Shown here: piece by piece, positions 37,227 to 46,755 of the stretch
Layout: every line of letters starts with the position of its first letter
Position numbering within the stretch: position 1 is the first letter of the stretch
From: a virus
Lineage: Duplodnaviria > Caudoviricetes
Reading direction: 5' to 3' (one strand)
DNA: 62,056 bases
IMG/VR virus record: IMGVR_UViG_3300012920_000038
Location: 1-62,056 of that record
Program-made: the position numbers and the translations under genes
The notes under the pieces: model-generated
The model's database searches: none
Seen by the model: only the letters and a program-made list of their open reading frames with translations
What the model was told of the DNA's origin: nothing

Positions 37227-38678
37227 ATGGACGAGACCACAAATTATGATCAGATACAGCAATTGATATCCAGACTGGATCAAAAAGTCGCGGAAATAAA
37301 TGCTACCCGAACTGATCCTTCTGTCATAGCCAGTCAAATCACATCCAATTTGCAAGGTTTCGTCGGTGTGGTGATAAGCAATTTCCTGTCTAAAAAGAAA
37401 GAGGAAGAAGAAGAGCTCAAACGTCCTCGTGAGATGATCCAACCGGTTATTCCAATTGACATCGTGAGCGTGTCACCAGGTGCTGCTGGTCAGATAGCAG
37501 CAGCGTTAGAAGCAGCTGGCATTGGAAAATACAACATCAAGATCAATCAAATCAACCAACAATCCGAAGGTGATTCAGGTGGCATGTTCTCTTCGATTAT
37601 TGGAATGGTGATGAAAGTTGTCGGTTGGGTCGCAACAAATCTAGCAGCGTTGCTCATGAGACTAGGTCCATTGTTGTTACCGCTGGCAGCCGGCGCCACA
37701 GCAATTGGTGTGGGCATGTTGTTTGCAGATGAAATTTCTGAGCTAATGGGATGGGCAGAGAACCCTGAACAGGCGTTACAGGGTGACAAAGCAATTTCAA
37801 CACAATCAAACATCGATTTTAAATCGATCAGTGAAACAGATGACTTTGAAAGATCGATGGAGGATTCTGCACCTGGTACACCACTGGAAAGATTCTTCGA
37901 GACAGAAACTGGTGATGAGTATATACAACAGATAGAATCACGAGTCGAGGGAGCAGAAGAAAGTCGAGCTCGTATGGAAACAACCATGCAAATGGCCGGT
38001 GAGCAATTTGATCAGTTGTACGATGTAGACACGATTGAAGAAAAATCCGGTGGTAAAGTAACGGGTCAACAGTTACGGCAAGAGTATATCAAAGCAGCAG
38101 TTGCAGGTGATCTGAACGTAGAGAAGCTACAGAACACTGCCATGTATTTGTCAGGTGAAGGGTCAACACAGGACAAAGTATCTGGCGCGATTGACCGGAT
38201 CAATCAAGATCGTGAGAAAATGTCACTGACTCAAGCTGAGCAACAGATCGTGGTTCAACAAGCCAATTCTGGTGCACAGTCGATGGACCAATATTTCAAG
38301 AGCGAGCAATACGTTAACAACCTGGTGCAAAACAGCGATGAAATCACCAAGATGCAATACAACATGTTACAACAAAAGTCACAGACTTTCGCAGTACCAG
38401 ACACATCACCGCCGGCACCTGCGAGTGACACTCTGGAACTACCGGATGCACCTATCATATCATCACCACAAGCTGATACCGACAAAGTGTCACACCTAGC
38501 TGAATTGATAGACTTGAGCAATCAAGAGCTACAACAAGGCAATCAACAACTAGCATCTATTTACGAAGCATTGCAAACATTACCAGACCAATCATCATCA
38601 CAAACAAACAACATTTCAACACAATCTGAAACTGATGATCCATTCAATGTTGAATTGGTGCGTTCCATGGTGTCGTGA
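37227..38678 (+). CDS. Tape-measure-like tail protein C
   Basis: Helical, Q-rich, with hydrophobic segment SIIGMVMKVVGWVATNLAALLMRLGPLLLPLAAGATAIGVG; shares N- and C-terminal motifs with protein A. Confidence 0.55.
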   Translation: MDETTNYDQIQQLISRLDQKVAEINATRTDPSVIASQITSNLQGFVGVVISNFLSKKKEEEEELKRPREMIQPVIPIDIVSVSPGAAGQIAAALEAAGIGKYNIKINQINQQSEGDSGGMFSSIIGMVMKVVGWVATNLAALLMRLGPLLLPLAAGATAIGVGMLFADEISELMGWAENPEQALQGDKAISTQSNIDFKSISETDDFERSMEDSAPGTPLERFFETETGDEYIQQIESRVEGAEESRARMETTMQMAGEQFDQLYDVDTIEEKSGGKVTGQQLRQEYIKAAVAGDLNVEKLQNTAMYLSGEGSTQDKVSGAIDRINQDREKMSLTQAEQQIVVQQANSGAQSMDQYFKSEQYVNNLVQNSDEITKMQYNMLQQKSQTFAVPDTSPPAPASDTLELPDAPIISSPQADTDKVSHLAELIDLSNQELQQGNQQLASIYEALQTLPDQSSSQTNNISTQSETDDPFNVELVRSMVS

Positions 38679-38717
38679 ACGTCAGTGTAAAACGAGTATC
38701 CACTCATAAATATACAT

Positions 38718-40370
38718 ATGAACCCACTGTTTAAACTTGTTGAGATTACCGCAGCTAACCAGCTTGGATCATTTTTCAACATGCCAAACGATCAAACCTT
38801 TGGCCCAGCACCAAAAATTGTACCGTATGGTAGCAGAGGTGATGGAGAAGACCAGGCAATAGAAAACAAAAATCTTTCGAAATACCTGACAACCGTCAAT
38901 GTGACAAACGAGTATCCATGGACAAACGCCCCTAGACTTGTATCAACCACACCAGACAGTCATTTGAACGCTCGATACGATGTGCCTAGTTTGGAACTCA
39001 GAGAAGAATCAATTCAATTGAATCCAGCGTTCAACAACCTCGCACGGAATTTATACATCGCCGCTGATAACGCACAGCAGCTCTCAGACGTTTACAGTAG
39101 TATCAATAAAAATTATGGTACAGCAGTCCAAACCGGTGTGAATGCTTTCCTGGCCAGTCGAGCTGCATCATTACTCGGAGCCGGAACTACCGGTACCGCT
39201 TTAGCAGCAATCGCGGGTGGGGCTGTAGGTTACACCAACGCTGATGAGATCATATCTGATCAGTTAAATAAGGTTACAGGTTTTGTGAAAGACTTCAAGG
39301 ATGATTATCTTGGTGATCCATCAGCAGCATCTAACCGTTATGGTCCACGCACGCGTTTTCAGCCATATCATTACTCGACAACAACTCAAGGAAATGATCG
39401 CTACTTGGCACCATATCAAGACATATATTCGACTAAATTGACCGGTTGGAGATACAAGTTTCCATATCTTGAGGATCAGCAGCGCAGCAACGCATCAGCT
39501 TTTGGTGCTCAAGGATTGGCGATTGGTGGTCTTGTTGAAAAGGCGCGAAAATTGACAACAGCATTTGGTGAGCTGTTCTCACCTGGTGTGTATATAGACA
39601 CCGCGCAAAATTTTCAATTCACTGGACTGGAAAAAAGCTATTCATGCAGCTTTCCGTTGTTGAACACAGTTGATCAGTACGACATCATACGAAACTGGCA
39701 GCTGTTGTTCTTGTTGACATATCAAAACAGGCCAAATCGAATCGATCGTGTGCAAATCGCACCGCCGAAAATATATGAAGCCATGATACCAGGTGTGTGG
39801 TACTGTCGACATGCTTACATAAGCAATTTGTCTGTTGATTTTGTGGGTAACAGAAGAAAAATGACATTGCATGTACCTATAGATAAGTTCACCACTAATA
39901 ACTCTGCTGGTCAATCCAGAGGCAGTCTGCTCGATCGAGCCGTTGATGCTGTCGGAGATTTTATAAAAGACAAATTCACAAGTGCATTTGAAGAAGTGAC
40001 CGGAATTGACATCACCCCGGACAGTCGAGTTGCCAGTCGAAACGGATTGGAAATAAACGGTGACACGATAGCTGTCACAACAATCATACCTGATGCATAT
40101 CAAGTGAACATGACATTACGAGAGCTGGTACCGGAATCTCAAAACACCATGTTTGCAGCGATTCGGAAACCTAACACCATCACTGTTACAACAGGTGACA
40201 CGGAACCTTTTAGTCCAACACTACCTATGAATGGTCAAAAATTCCCAAAAGGTAAAAAACCGAAGAACTCAAATCCATCATCACCTTTTAATTTTCCATC
40301 TCAAGAAGCTGACTTTTATTTCCAAGATTCGACTAGTACAGCTCCACCACAATTTAAGCCACCGAGTTAA
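38718..40370 (+). CDS. Baseplate tail-tube cap-like protein (gp48-like)
   Basis: FQFTGLEKSYSCSFPL, PPKIYE, AYISNLSVDF and VNMTLRE pattern; upstream of the gp53-like gene. Confidence 0.55.
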   Translation: MNPLFKLVEITAANQLGSFFNMPNDQTFGPAPKIVPYGSRGDGEDQAIENKNLSKYLTTVNVTNEYPWTNAPRLVSTTPDSHLNARYDVPSLELREESIQLNPAFNNLARNLYIAADNAQQLSDVYSSINKNYGTAVQTGVNAFLASRAASLLGAGTTGTALAAIAGGAVGYTNADEIISDQLNKVTGFVKDFKDDYLGDPSAASNRYGPRTRFQPYHYSTTTQGNDRYLAPYQDIYSTKLTGWRYKFPYLEDQQRSNASAFGAQGLAIGGLVEKARKLTTAFGELFSPGVYIDTAQNFQFTGLEKSYSCSFPLLNTVDQYDIIRNWQLLFLLTYQNRPNRIDRVQIAPPKIYEAMIPGVWYCRHAYISNLSVDFVGNRRKMTLHVPIDKFTTNNSAGQSRGSLLDRAVDAVGDFIKDKFTSAFEEVTGIDITPDSRVASRNGLEINGDTIAVTTIIPDAYQVNMTLRELVPESQNTMFAAIRKPNTITVTTGDTEPFSPTLPMNGQKFPKGKKPKNSNPSSPFNFPSQEADFYFQDSTSTAPPQFKPPS

Positions 40371-40373
40371 GAC

Positions 40374-40757
40374 ATGACAGACATAACAACCAGAGGTGAA
40401 TATCAGCAAAAAATTCGAGAATTACCAGATCTTGAGTCGTATGATTTTGAGAACATTTTCAAATTGTGTTTCGATCCGGACAAATCAGCATATTTTTACA
40501 ACATAATCAAAACTGTAAACATGCCTAACACCATAGACCGGTCGTTGTTCATGATACACACTGCACACGCACAACAATCCATGACAGCTTTGAGTTATTC
40601 TATTTATGGTACACCGAAACTCTGGTGGTTGATATGCGTGGTGAACAATATATCTAATCCTGTACAATTCATCCCTGCAGGTGCAGCTGTCAAAGTGATC
40701 AAACCACGGCATGTGTCATATGTTGTCGATTTGATCAAGCAGAATCTAGTCGATTGA
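40374..40757 (+). CDS. gp53: Baseplate wedge protein, gp53-like (LysM-like)
   Basis: ALSYSIYGTPKLWWLICVVNNISNP. Confidence 0.8.
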   Translation: MTDITTRGEYQQKIRELPDLESYDFENIFKLCFDPDKSAYFYNIIKTVNMPNTIDRSLFMIHTAHAQQSMTALSYSIYGTPKLWWLICVVNNISNPVQFIPAGAAVKVIKPRHVSYVVDLIKQNLVD

Positions 40758-40758
40758 C

Positions 40759-42330
40759 ATGTCTACCGGTAGTATTAACAACACGGCAACGTTTTCAGAC
40801 ACGCGCACGTTTGATTTCACATGCTCGTTACAGAATGGAGAAACTGCTGTTGAGATAAGAAAAGATGCCATCATGGACCTCGTGATAGAAGACACAACCA
40901 TGAACTGGTACGTGAGAGGTTATATAGACATCATGAACCCACGCGGAGCGCTTGAGGCCAGTATAGCTAATATTCAAGATTACACGCGTGAGACATATAT
41001 TTTCCGAAACGATTCAACCGATTTTTTAGACTTAAGAATGTGTCCCAATCTTGCTTCACTGGATGACACGACCACCACCATACATGATGATTTTTACGTG
41101 ATGCATTATCGTTTGTCAGTATATTCTGTCAAGGACATAACATCTACATCAGGTGGCGACAAAAAGATAAAAAGGCTGTTTTTTGTGGATTACAGATACT
41201 TGCTGTTTTCAAAACTCAACAGCACGTTCACAACATCTGCGTATCTTACAGGAGCAGTGGCGCAACTTGACGATCGTGATCGAGAGATACCATCTGGTGA
41301 TGCGATCAAAAATTTAATCACCGAGTCATTACCAGATGAACAAATTTTCAGCCCGTCATGGGAGTCTGGTTCGAGCCGTATCGAGTTCACTTCACCAGCA
41401 AACAACAGATGTATTGACGATCTAGACGAGCTTGTGAACATGCATGTGAGTGACGATGTATCAGGCAATCAACCTTGTATTTTACATTTGGATCGCGCCA
41501 CATCTACGTGGAGCATGGTACCACTTAGCACGTTATTTGATTATGCGGTACAAAAAACAACCAAAGGAATTGCCACACAATATGTACCAGGCATCTGGCA
41601 GACAGAACAATTCGTCATTGGCCGTGATGTTGGATTTGAAGAACGTGACTCTGTCAATCTGAACGAAAAAATTCGTACACCACAGACAAATAGCCTGTAT
41701 ATAAATTACAATTTCGGTACATCGAGCAACATAGAAAATTATAGATTTGTCGAGATGCATGGTGACATGAATCAAACATTGTTCACCACCCACCCGGTGC
41801 ATCAAAACAACATTCGTACCAAACAGTTCATGATCAACATGTCGACAGCCAACACATCAGCATTGACATCCATGCTCAAAAAACAAGTTGTTGACAACAT
41901 GATAGTGGATCAAAGCACCATTGATGATGTTCCGTTGAGTGTCAACGTTGATCCCACACGATATCAAAACAGAACATTGGAGCATGTGTACGTGAACAGC
42001 GATTTATACTCGTCAATGTTGTCGTCTGGTCGTAACAATTTGCTCAAGAAAATTTTGTTTCAAAGCAACGCTATAGAATTCACAGTACCTGGTGAAACAA
42101 CACGACGTGCAACTCGGTTCATCTCTGTGCAGTCCAATAAAACCTCTGGTACACACGAGAACAAATACAATGATAAGGTTGAAGGCCAGTATCTTGTGAT
42201 TGGAGTCACGCACAGAATCAAGAACAACACATACACCAACAAAATTGTAGGGGTCAAGCCATACAATTTTGCACATAATTTTGCATCAGACAAGGCAATC
42301 ATGGAGACATACACAAATGAACAAGGTTAA
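40759..42330 (+). CDS. Baseplate hub protein (gp27/VgrG-like)
   Basis: LVIED...VRGYIDI at the N-terminus; IEFTVPG and EGQYLVIGVTHRI at the C-terminus; follows gp53. Confidence 0.6.
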   Translation: MSTGSINNTATFSDTRTFDFTCSLQNGETAVEIRKDAIMDLVIEDTTMNWYVRGYIDIMNPRGALEASIANIQDYTRETYIFRNDSTDFLDLRMCPNLASLDDTTTTIHDDFYVMHYRLSVYSVKDITSTSGGDKKIKRLFFVDYRYLLFSKLNSTFTTSAYLTGAVAQLDDRDREIPSGDAIKNLITESLPDEQIFSPSWESGSSRIEFTSPANNRCIDDLDELVNMHVSDDVSGNQPCILHLDRATSTWSMVPLSTLFDYAVQKTTKGIATQYVPGIWQTEQFVIGRDVGFEERDSVNLNEKIRTPQTNSLYINYNFGTSSNIENYRFVEMHGDMNQTLFTTHPVHQNNIRTKQFMINMSTANTSALTSMLKKQVVDNMIVDQSTIDDVPLSVNVDPTRYQNRTLEHVYVNSDLYSSMLSSGRNNLLKKILFQSNAIEFTVPGETTRRATRFISVQSNKTSGTHENKYNDKVEGQYLVIGVTHRIKNNTYTNKIVGVKPYNFAHNFASDKAIMETYTNEQG

Positions 42331-43402
42331 AAAGACACATTTACCAGCACTCGTTGACACACAACTGGTCAATAGCACACGTTTTCTAGGCACATTGGAG
42401 ACATTGCAGCAAAATATTCTTGAATTTGCTGATTTTATCAATTATTATTGTGTAGGTTCAATCAATCGTACAAATAAGCAGTTACATGAACCCGTGAGCC
42501 ATCAAGTTCAGTTCTTCAAGGATCTGAATGACAAGGCATTACAAATAAAGGACAACAAAAAAGGTGTGTTCAATGAAACATACTTAAAAGATCAGCAAAC
42601 TGAGTATGACGATCTGCCAGAACAATTTGGATTAGACGATATTCCATACAACAACACCGAGTTTATAGTGTATTGGGTTGAGAAGTACCGTACATCACAT
42701 GATTTAATCAAAAAATTGTTGCATGATGCTGACATGTTACCCAAAGAAAACGAGAATGGTGAGTACAATACTGAAAATGTATACTTCAACGACTTCAGCG
42801 AGAGCATGTACTCGTTGAAATCAACAACACTGTATAACGCCCCACGTGAATCTTTACCGATTTGGGATGTGAAATGCACTTTGGTCAAAGAGATGGGCGG
42901 AAAACACACCATTCCTAATCAATACACAAGCACATCTGTGTACAACATACATAAAGATGTGCAATATCTTGCCAACATGTCGAGTAGAACCACAACAACC
43001 ATGTTTAGAAACAACATGAAGAACATTTTAGACTGTGTGTCAGTAGATCAACGCATCGAAAACGAAGAAACCGGTGAATTGACCCTCAAATCTGTAAAAA
43101 TAACAGATTCGAAGCAGTCTCATGGCGGTAATCTAGTGGCAGATTCATTTCACACCAGTAGAATGTGGCAAAACGCCGAGCCACTGGCACGTATCGTTGT
43201 TGAGACACTGTCCAACATGTCGTATGTGCTCAATTATATGGATAAAAATTTAAGAGACAACATGCAAACATGGGGACAATTCAAAACCAAATCGATTATT
43301 GAAAACACAACCGAGTATGTCGATCTGTTACACGACACAATTGAAATAACTCTTGAGGAACTACCAGGTACTAGTCGGACAATTGAGGAGGTTCTTGGTT
43401 GA
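42317..43402 (+). CDS. Hypothetical protein (probable virion/baseplate)
   Basis: Long ORF, likely start ATG 42317 overlapping the hub gene. Confidence 0.65.
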   Translation: MNKVKKTHLPALVDTQLVNSTRFLGTLETLQQNILEFADFINYYCVGSINRTNKQLHEPVSHQVQFFKDLNDKALQIKDNKKGVFNETYLKDQQTEYDDLPEQFGLDDIPYNNTEFIVYWVEKYRTSHDLIKKLLHDADMLPKENENGEYNTENVYFNDFSESMYSLKSTTLYNAPRESLPIWDVKCTLVKEMGGKHTIPNQYTSTSVYNIHKDVQYLANMSSRTTTTMFRNNMKNILDCVSVDQRIENEETGELTLKSVKITDSKQSHGGNLVADSFHTSRMWQNAEPLARIVVETLSNMSYVLNYMDKNLRDNMQTWGQFKTKSIIENTTEYVDLLHDTIEITLEELPGTSRTIEEVLG

Positions 43403-43892
43403 CGTCATCGTCTTGTGTGACATCAACAATTTTTGCATCCTCGATCAGTTTGTCAAGCATCTCTTCTCTTGTCAAAGACAGTTGATTGTTGTGTTCTGCT
43501 TCCAATAATTGATGTTTTGCAGCAATATCAAGCTGTTTTAGCTTGGTCGATGTGTCACTTTTCTTGTCTTGTACAAGAATCTTGCTCAAAGTGTCAATAC
43601 TTGATGTGGTTGCTTTCAATAGCTCTGCTAAAGAGCTGACACCATCAGCATCTGGGGCACATTGCACGTATTGCTTGACGGTACCTACCATGTCTATACT
43701 GTCTTGAATCAATTTTCCGGTGCTATTCAGTATAAAATCTTCTAATTCCTCTGGTTTGAGCTTAAAATCTTCATTTTTATTAGCAGCTTTTACATCTGCA
43801 TGATTATCCTTCAATTGACTTATCAAATCATCAACACTCTCAGAGATATCTTCATCTTCTGGTAAAAAATCATCATTTGAATCTTCATCCAT
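43371..43892 (-). CDS. Probable terminase small subunit (gp16-like)
   Basis: 173 aa with acidic N-terminus, helical hairpin (PDADGVSSLAELLK...DTLSK) and NNQLSLTREEMLDKL tail resembling gp16; late motif upstream. Confidence 0.5.
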   Translation of the reverse strand: MDEDSNDDFLPEDEDISESVDDLISQLKDNHADVKAANKNEDFKLKPEELEDFILNSTGKLIQDSIDMVGTVKQYVQCAPDADGVSSLAELLKATTSSIDTLSKILVQDKKSDTSTKLKQLDIAAKHQLLEAEHNNQLSLTREEMLDKLIEDAKIVDVTQDDDVNQEPPQLSD

Positions 43893-43913
43893 GCAAATAC
43901 TTATCTAGAAACG

Positions 43914-43941
43914 TTGAATATCAAGAGACATACTATATAAT
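43914..43941 (+). promoter_or_regulatory. sigma70-type promoter TTGAAT-N16-TATAAT
   Basis: ATG 43948 lies six nt after the -10 box. Confidence 0.72.
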
Positions 43942-43947
43942 AGCGTT

Positions 43948-44097
43948 ATGATAACAGTAAATGTGACAGGACATGGGTCGTTTGTTATTGATAGTGGCAA
44001 ACTTAATGAGCTTTTGAAGTGGTTGAACAATAACTCGATGCAAGTTGAGGTAAACAAGAGACCATTACACTCAAATGATACATTATTGAATGAATGA
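43948..44097 (+). CDS. Small hypothetical protein (49 aa; absent from the ORF track)
   Basis: MITVNVTGHGSFVIDSGKLNELLKWLNNNSMQVEVNKRPLHSNDTLLNE*; has the promoter at the standard spacing and ends 3 nt before dut. Confidence 0.7.
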   Translation: MITVNVTGHGSFVIDSGKLNELLKWLNNNSMQVEVNKRPLHSNDTLLNE

Positions 44098-44100
44098 GGC

Positions 44101-44763
44101 ATGATTGAGATAAAATTAAAGAAAACTCACCCGGATGCGGTGTTACCACAAGCGAATAATCCTGATACCGGTACAGGTGACACGGGCTTCGATCTAGTCG
44201 CTGTGGAAAACACTGTGATACCCGCTGGTAAAAGCAACGTTGTACCTGTAGGTTTAACATTAGCAGATATAACACCAGGATATTGGATACGTATCGAGCC
44301 TCGAAGCGGTCTGGGCTTCAAGCACAGTATACAACCACATTTAGGTGTTATAGACAACGGATATAGAGGTGACTTAGCTGTGAAATTGTATAATTTTGGT
44401 AACACGAGTGAACATAGAGTGAAAAAAGGTGACAAAATAGCACAACTTGTCGTGTATGAATTGTTACAACCCGTATTTTCGTTCACAGACACGGTTACAG
44501 AGTCTACTAGAGGTGACAAAGGCTTCGGCTCATCAGATCAAGAGTATAATACTGTGCCATTCAAGCATAAAAAAGATGTATCGCCATATAAAATCAAACA
44601 AACAGACGATAATTGGAATTATGAAAATGTATATTATAATGGCATTGAGTATATACCTAATCCTATGAAAGTAGACCAGTCAGATCCAGATTTCATACCA
44701 GATACACCAGATAGTGTATCAACTTCAGACGGATCAACAACGTACACAGCAGAAAATGTTTGA
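44101..44763 (+). CDS. dut: Trimeric dUTPase with C-terminal extension
   Basis: Motifs DTGFDL, PRSGL, GVIDNGYRG, KIAQL and RGDKGFGSS. Confidence 0.95.
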   Translation: MIEIKLKKTHPDAVLPQANNPDTGTGDTGFDLVAVENTVIPAGKSNVVPVGLTLADITPGYWIRIEPRSGLGFKHSIQPHLGVIDNGYRGDLAVKLYNFGNTSEHRVKKGDKIAQLVVYELLQPVFSFTDTVTESTRGDKGFGSSDQEYNTVPFKHKKDVSPYKIKQTDDNWNYENVYYNGIEYIPNPMKVDQSDPDFIPDTPDSVSTSDGSTTYTAENV

Positions 44764-45664
44764 GGATCTATGGATCGAGAAGTACCGCCCGGGTACTTTT
44801 GATGATATTGTGTTATCTGACAGAAATCGTGAACTTTTAACCAGTATAACAGCACAAAAGAGCATACCAAACTTGTTGTTCGCTGGTAAACCAGGCATAG
44901 GTAAAACGTCATTGGCTAAGATACTTGTGAATGACGTGTTGAAGTGTCAGTACCTGTATATAAACGCGAGTGATGAGAATGGTATTGATACTATCCGGAC
45001 CAAGGTGACCAATTTCAGCAAGATACGCAGCATCGATGGAGCTATAAAGGTGATAATCCTTGACGAGGTTGATGGTCTCACAATAGATGCACAACGAGCA
45101 TTGAGAAACACAATGGAAGAGTACAGTCAATACGTGCGATTCATACTAACAGCCAATTTTAATCACAAAGTTATACCTCCATTGCAGAGTAGATGTCAAA
45201 GTTTCGATTTGACACCTGATATAACCAGTTATACAAACAGGGTCGAGCAGATACTAGCTAGTGAATCAGTCAAACATGAGGAAATAAACACGTTGGTCAA
45301 GAGATTCTATCCAGATTTACGTAAATGTGTTAATGAATTACAGAAGCTAAGTGTTGATGGTGTGTTAAAACCAATTGATAGTAAAAATTTACATGAATTG
45401 ACGCAGAATATACTGCTACTAATTAGAAACAAGAAGACGTTTCAGGCACGAAAGTTTGTTATAAACAAAGAATCTGAGTTTGGTAGTGACTATCAAGTGC
45501 TACTCAAGAATCTTTTCGAGGATATCGATAAAGAGACAATAGATACCGGAAAAAAGAGAGAGTGTCTGCTCACCGTAAGTGAGTATATGTACAGATCTGC
45601 TTTTGTACTAGATCAAGAAATAAACTTTTATAGCTGTATACTGGCTATAAGTCGAATAATTTAA
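44756..45664 (+). CDS. gp44: Clamp loader AAA+ subunit
   Basis: LWIEKYRP, GKPGIGKT, INASDENGID, ILDEVD, QRALRNTME, LQSRC and YPDLRK; likely start ATG 44756. Confidence 0.93.
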   Translation: MFEDLWIEKYRPGTFDDIVLSDRNRELLTSITAQKSIPNLLFAGKPGIGKTSLAKILVNDVLKCQYLYINASDENGIDTIRTKVTNFSKIRSIDGAIKVIILDEVDGLTIDAQRALRNTMEEYSQYVRFILTANFNHKVIPPLQSRCQSFDLTPDITSYTNRVEQILASESVKHEEINTLVKRFYPDLRKCVNELQKLSVDGVLKPIDSKNLHELTQNILLLIRNKKTFQARKFVINKESEFGSDYQVLLKNLFEDIDKETIDTGKKRECLLTVSEYMYRSAFVLDQEINFYSCILAISRII

Positions 45665-46227
45665 AATCCTTGCATGTACACCTTGGTGCTGAAGTTGTCA
45701 ACAGGTGCAGGTGTGTGATCTTGTTTGGTATCAGAGGTGGGTAATGATTTATTACCGTCGTTCACACCTGTTTGATCGTACGGATTCATGGGATCAGCCG
45801 AGTTCTCTTGTTTGATCTCTTGTGGTTCAGCTTGTGTTGGGTCATCACCACGTTGACTGTCCGGAATATCTGGTAGATTGATACCTTGTTCACTGTATTC
45901 GAGTATTTCAGATGGTACTGTAATGAAATCCATGAACATCCCCGGAGCTTTCTCGCGTACGATGTCACAATAGAAGTCATCCGCCATGTGCCCTATCTGT
46001 TGAGCACCTCCACTGACCGCAGGTCGTAATGGTTTGATGCAACTCACGCGAATATTTTCATCACACTCTGTAAACTCCTTGAGTTTGGCAAGCACAATCT
46101 CGGGTTGCTTCTTCGCCCAGTCACAACTCATCGCGTTTGATTTGAATTTGACTATATCTCCAGTTAAAAATCCACCACTTTGAAATCTCGTGATGTTGCT
46201 TTCTAGTAATGTGTCGAACTTATTCAT
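45661..46227 (-). CDS. Hypothetical protein (late promoter)
   Basis: 188 aa; TATAAATA on the minus strand at 46241-46234. Confidence 0.75.
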   Translation of the reverse strand: MNKFDTLLESNITRFQSGGFLTGDIVKFKSNAMSCDWAKKQPEIVLAKLKEFTECDENIRVSCIKPLRPAVSGGAQQIGHMADDFYCDIVREKAPGMFMDFITVPSEILEYSEQGINLPDIPDSQRGDDPTQAEPQEIKQENSADPMNPYDQTGVNDGNKSLPTSDTKQDHTPAPVDNFSTKVYMQGF

Positions 46228-46266
46228 TTTTATTATTTATAAAAAAACCTTTCGATAAGTATTTAT

Positions 46267-46755
46267 ATGTCGAATATTAATTTAACAACGTTGAATACAG
46301 GTGATGGTCAAAATACAACATATCGGGATTTGGCTCTAGATATGGCAGTTGAAGTCAATACATTGTCTAGGAATTTGTATCGCTCTGAAAATGTAACAGA
46401 TATAAAGATGAGTAGAGATGAGGCTGCAATTCAAAATTCATTAATCAACATTTTCAACACTGTACCAGGACAAAAATTACTGACACCTGAGTTTGGTTTA
46501 GACTTGAGACAGTATTTGTTTGAGCCATTGTCGGAAGATATAGCTCAAAACATTGGTGAAACAATAGTTTCCGGGCTGAAAAGCTGGGAACCCCGGGTTA
46601 TCCTGCAGCGAGTCAACATAACACCCGATTTTGATCAAAATCAATACATTATATCTTTGTATATCGCGATTCCTACACTAAATATTTCAGAAGCACAATA
46701 CACAGGTGTGTTGAACACTGAAGGTTTTGTTTTCAGAATAACAGATGAGCAGTAA
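46267..46755 (+). CDS. gp25: Baseplate wedge / sheath initiator protein
   Basis: DEAAIQNSLINIFNTVPGQKLLTPEFGLDLRQYLFEP and WEPRV. Confidence 0.92.
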   Translation: MSNINLTTLNTGDGQNTTYRDLALDMAVEVNTLSRNLYRSENVTDIKMSRDEAAIQNSLINIFNTVPGQKLLTPEFGLDLRQYLFEPLSEDIAQNIGETIVSGLKSWEPRVILQRVNITPDFDQNQYIISLYIAIPTLNISEAQYTGVLNTEGFVFRITDEQ

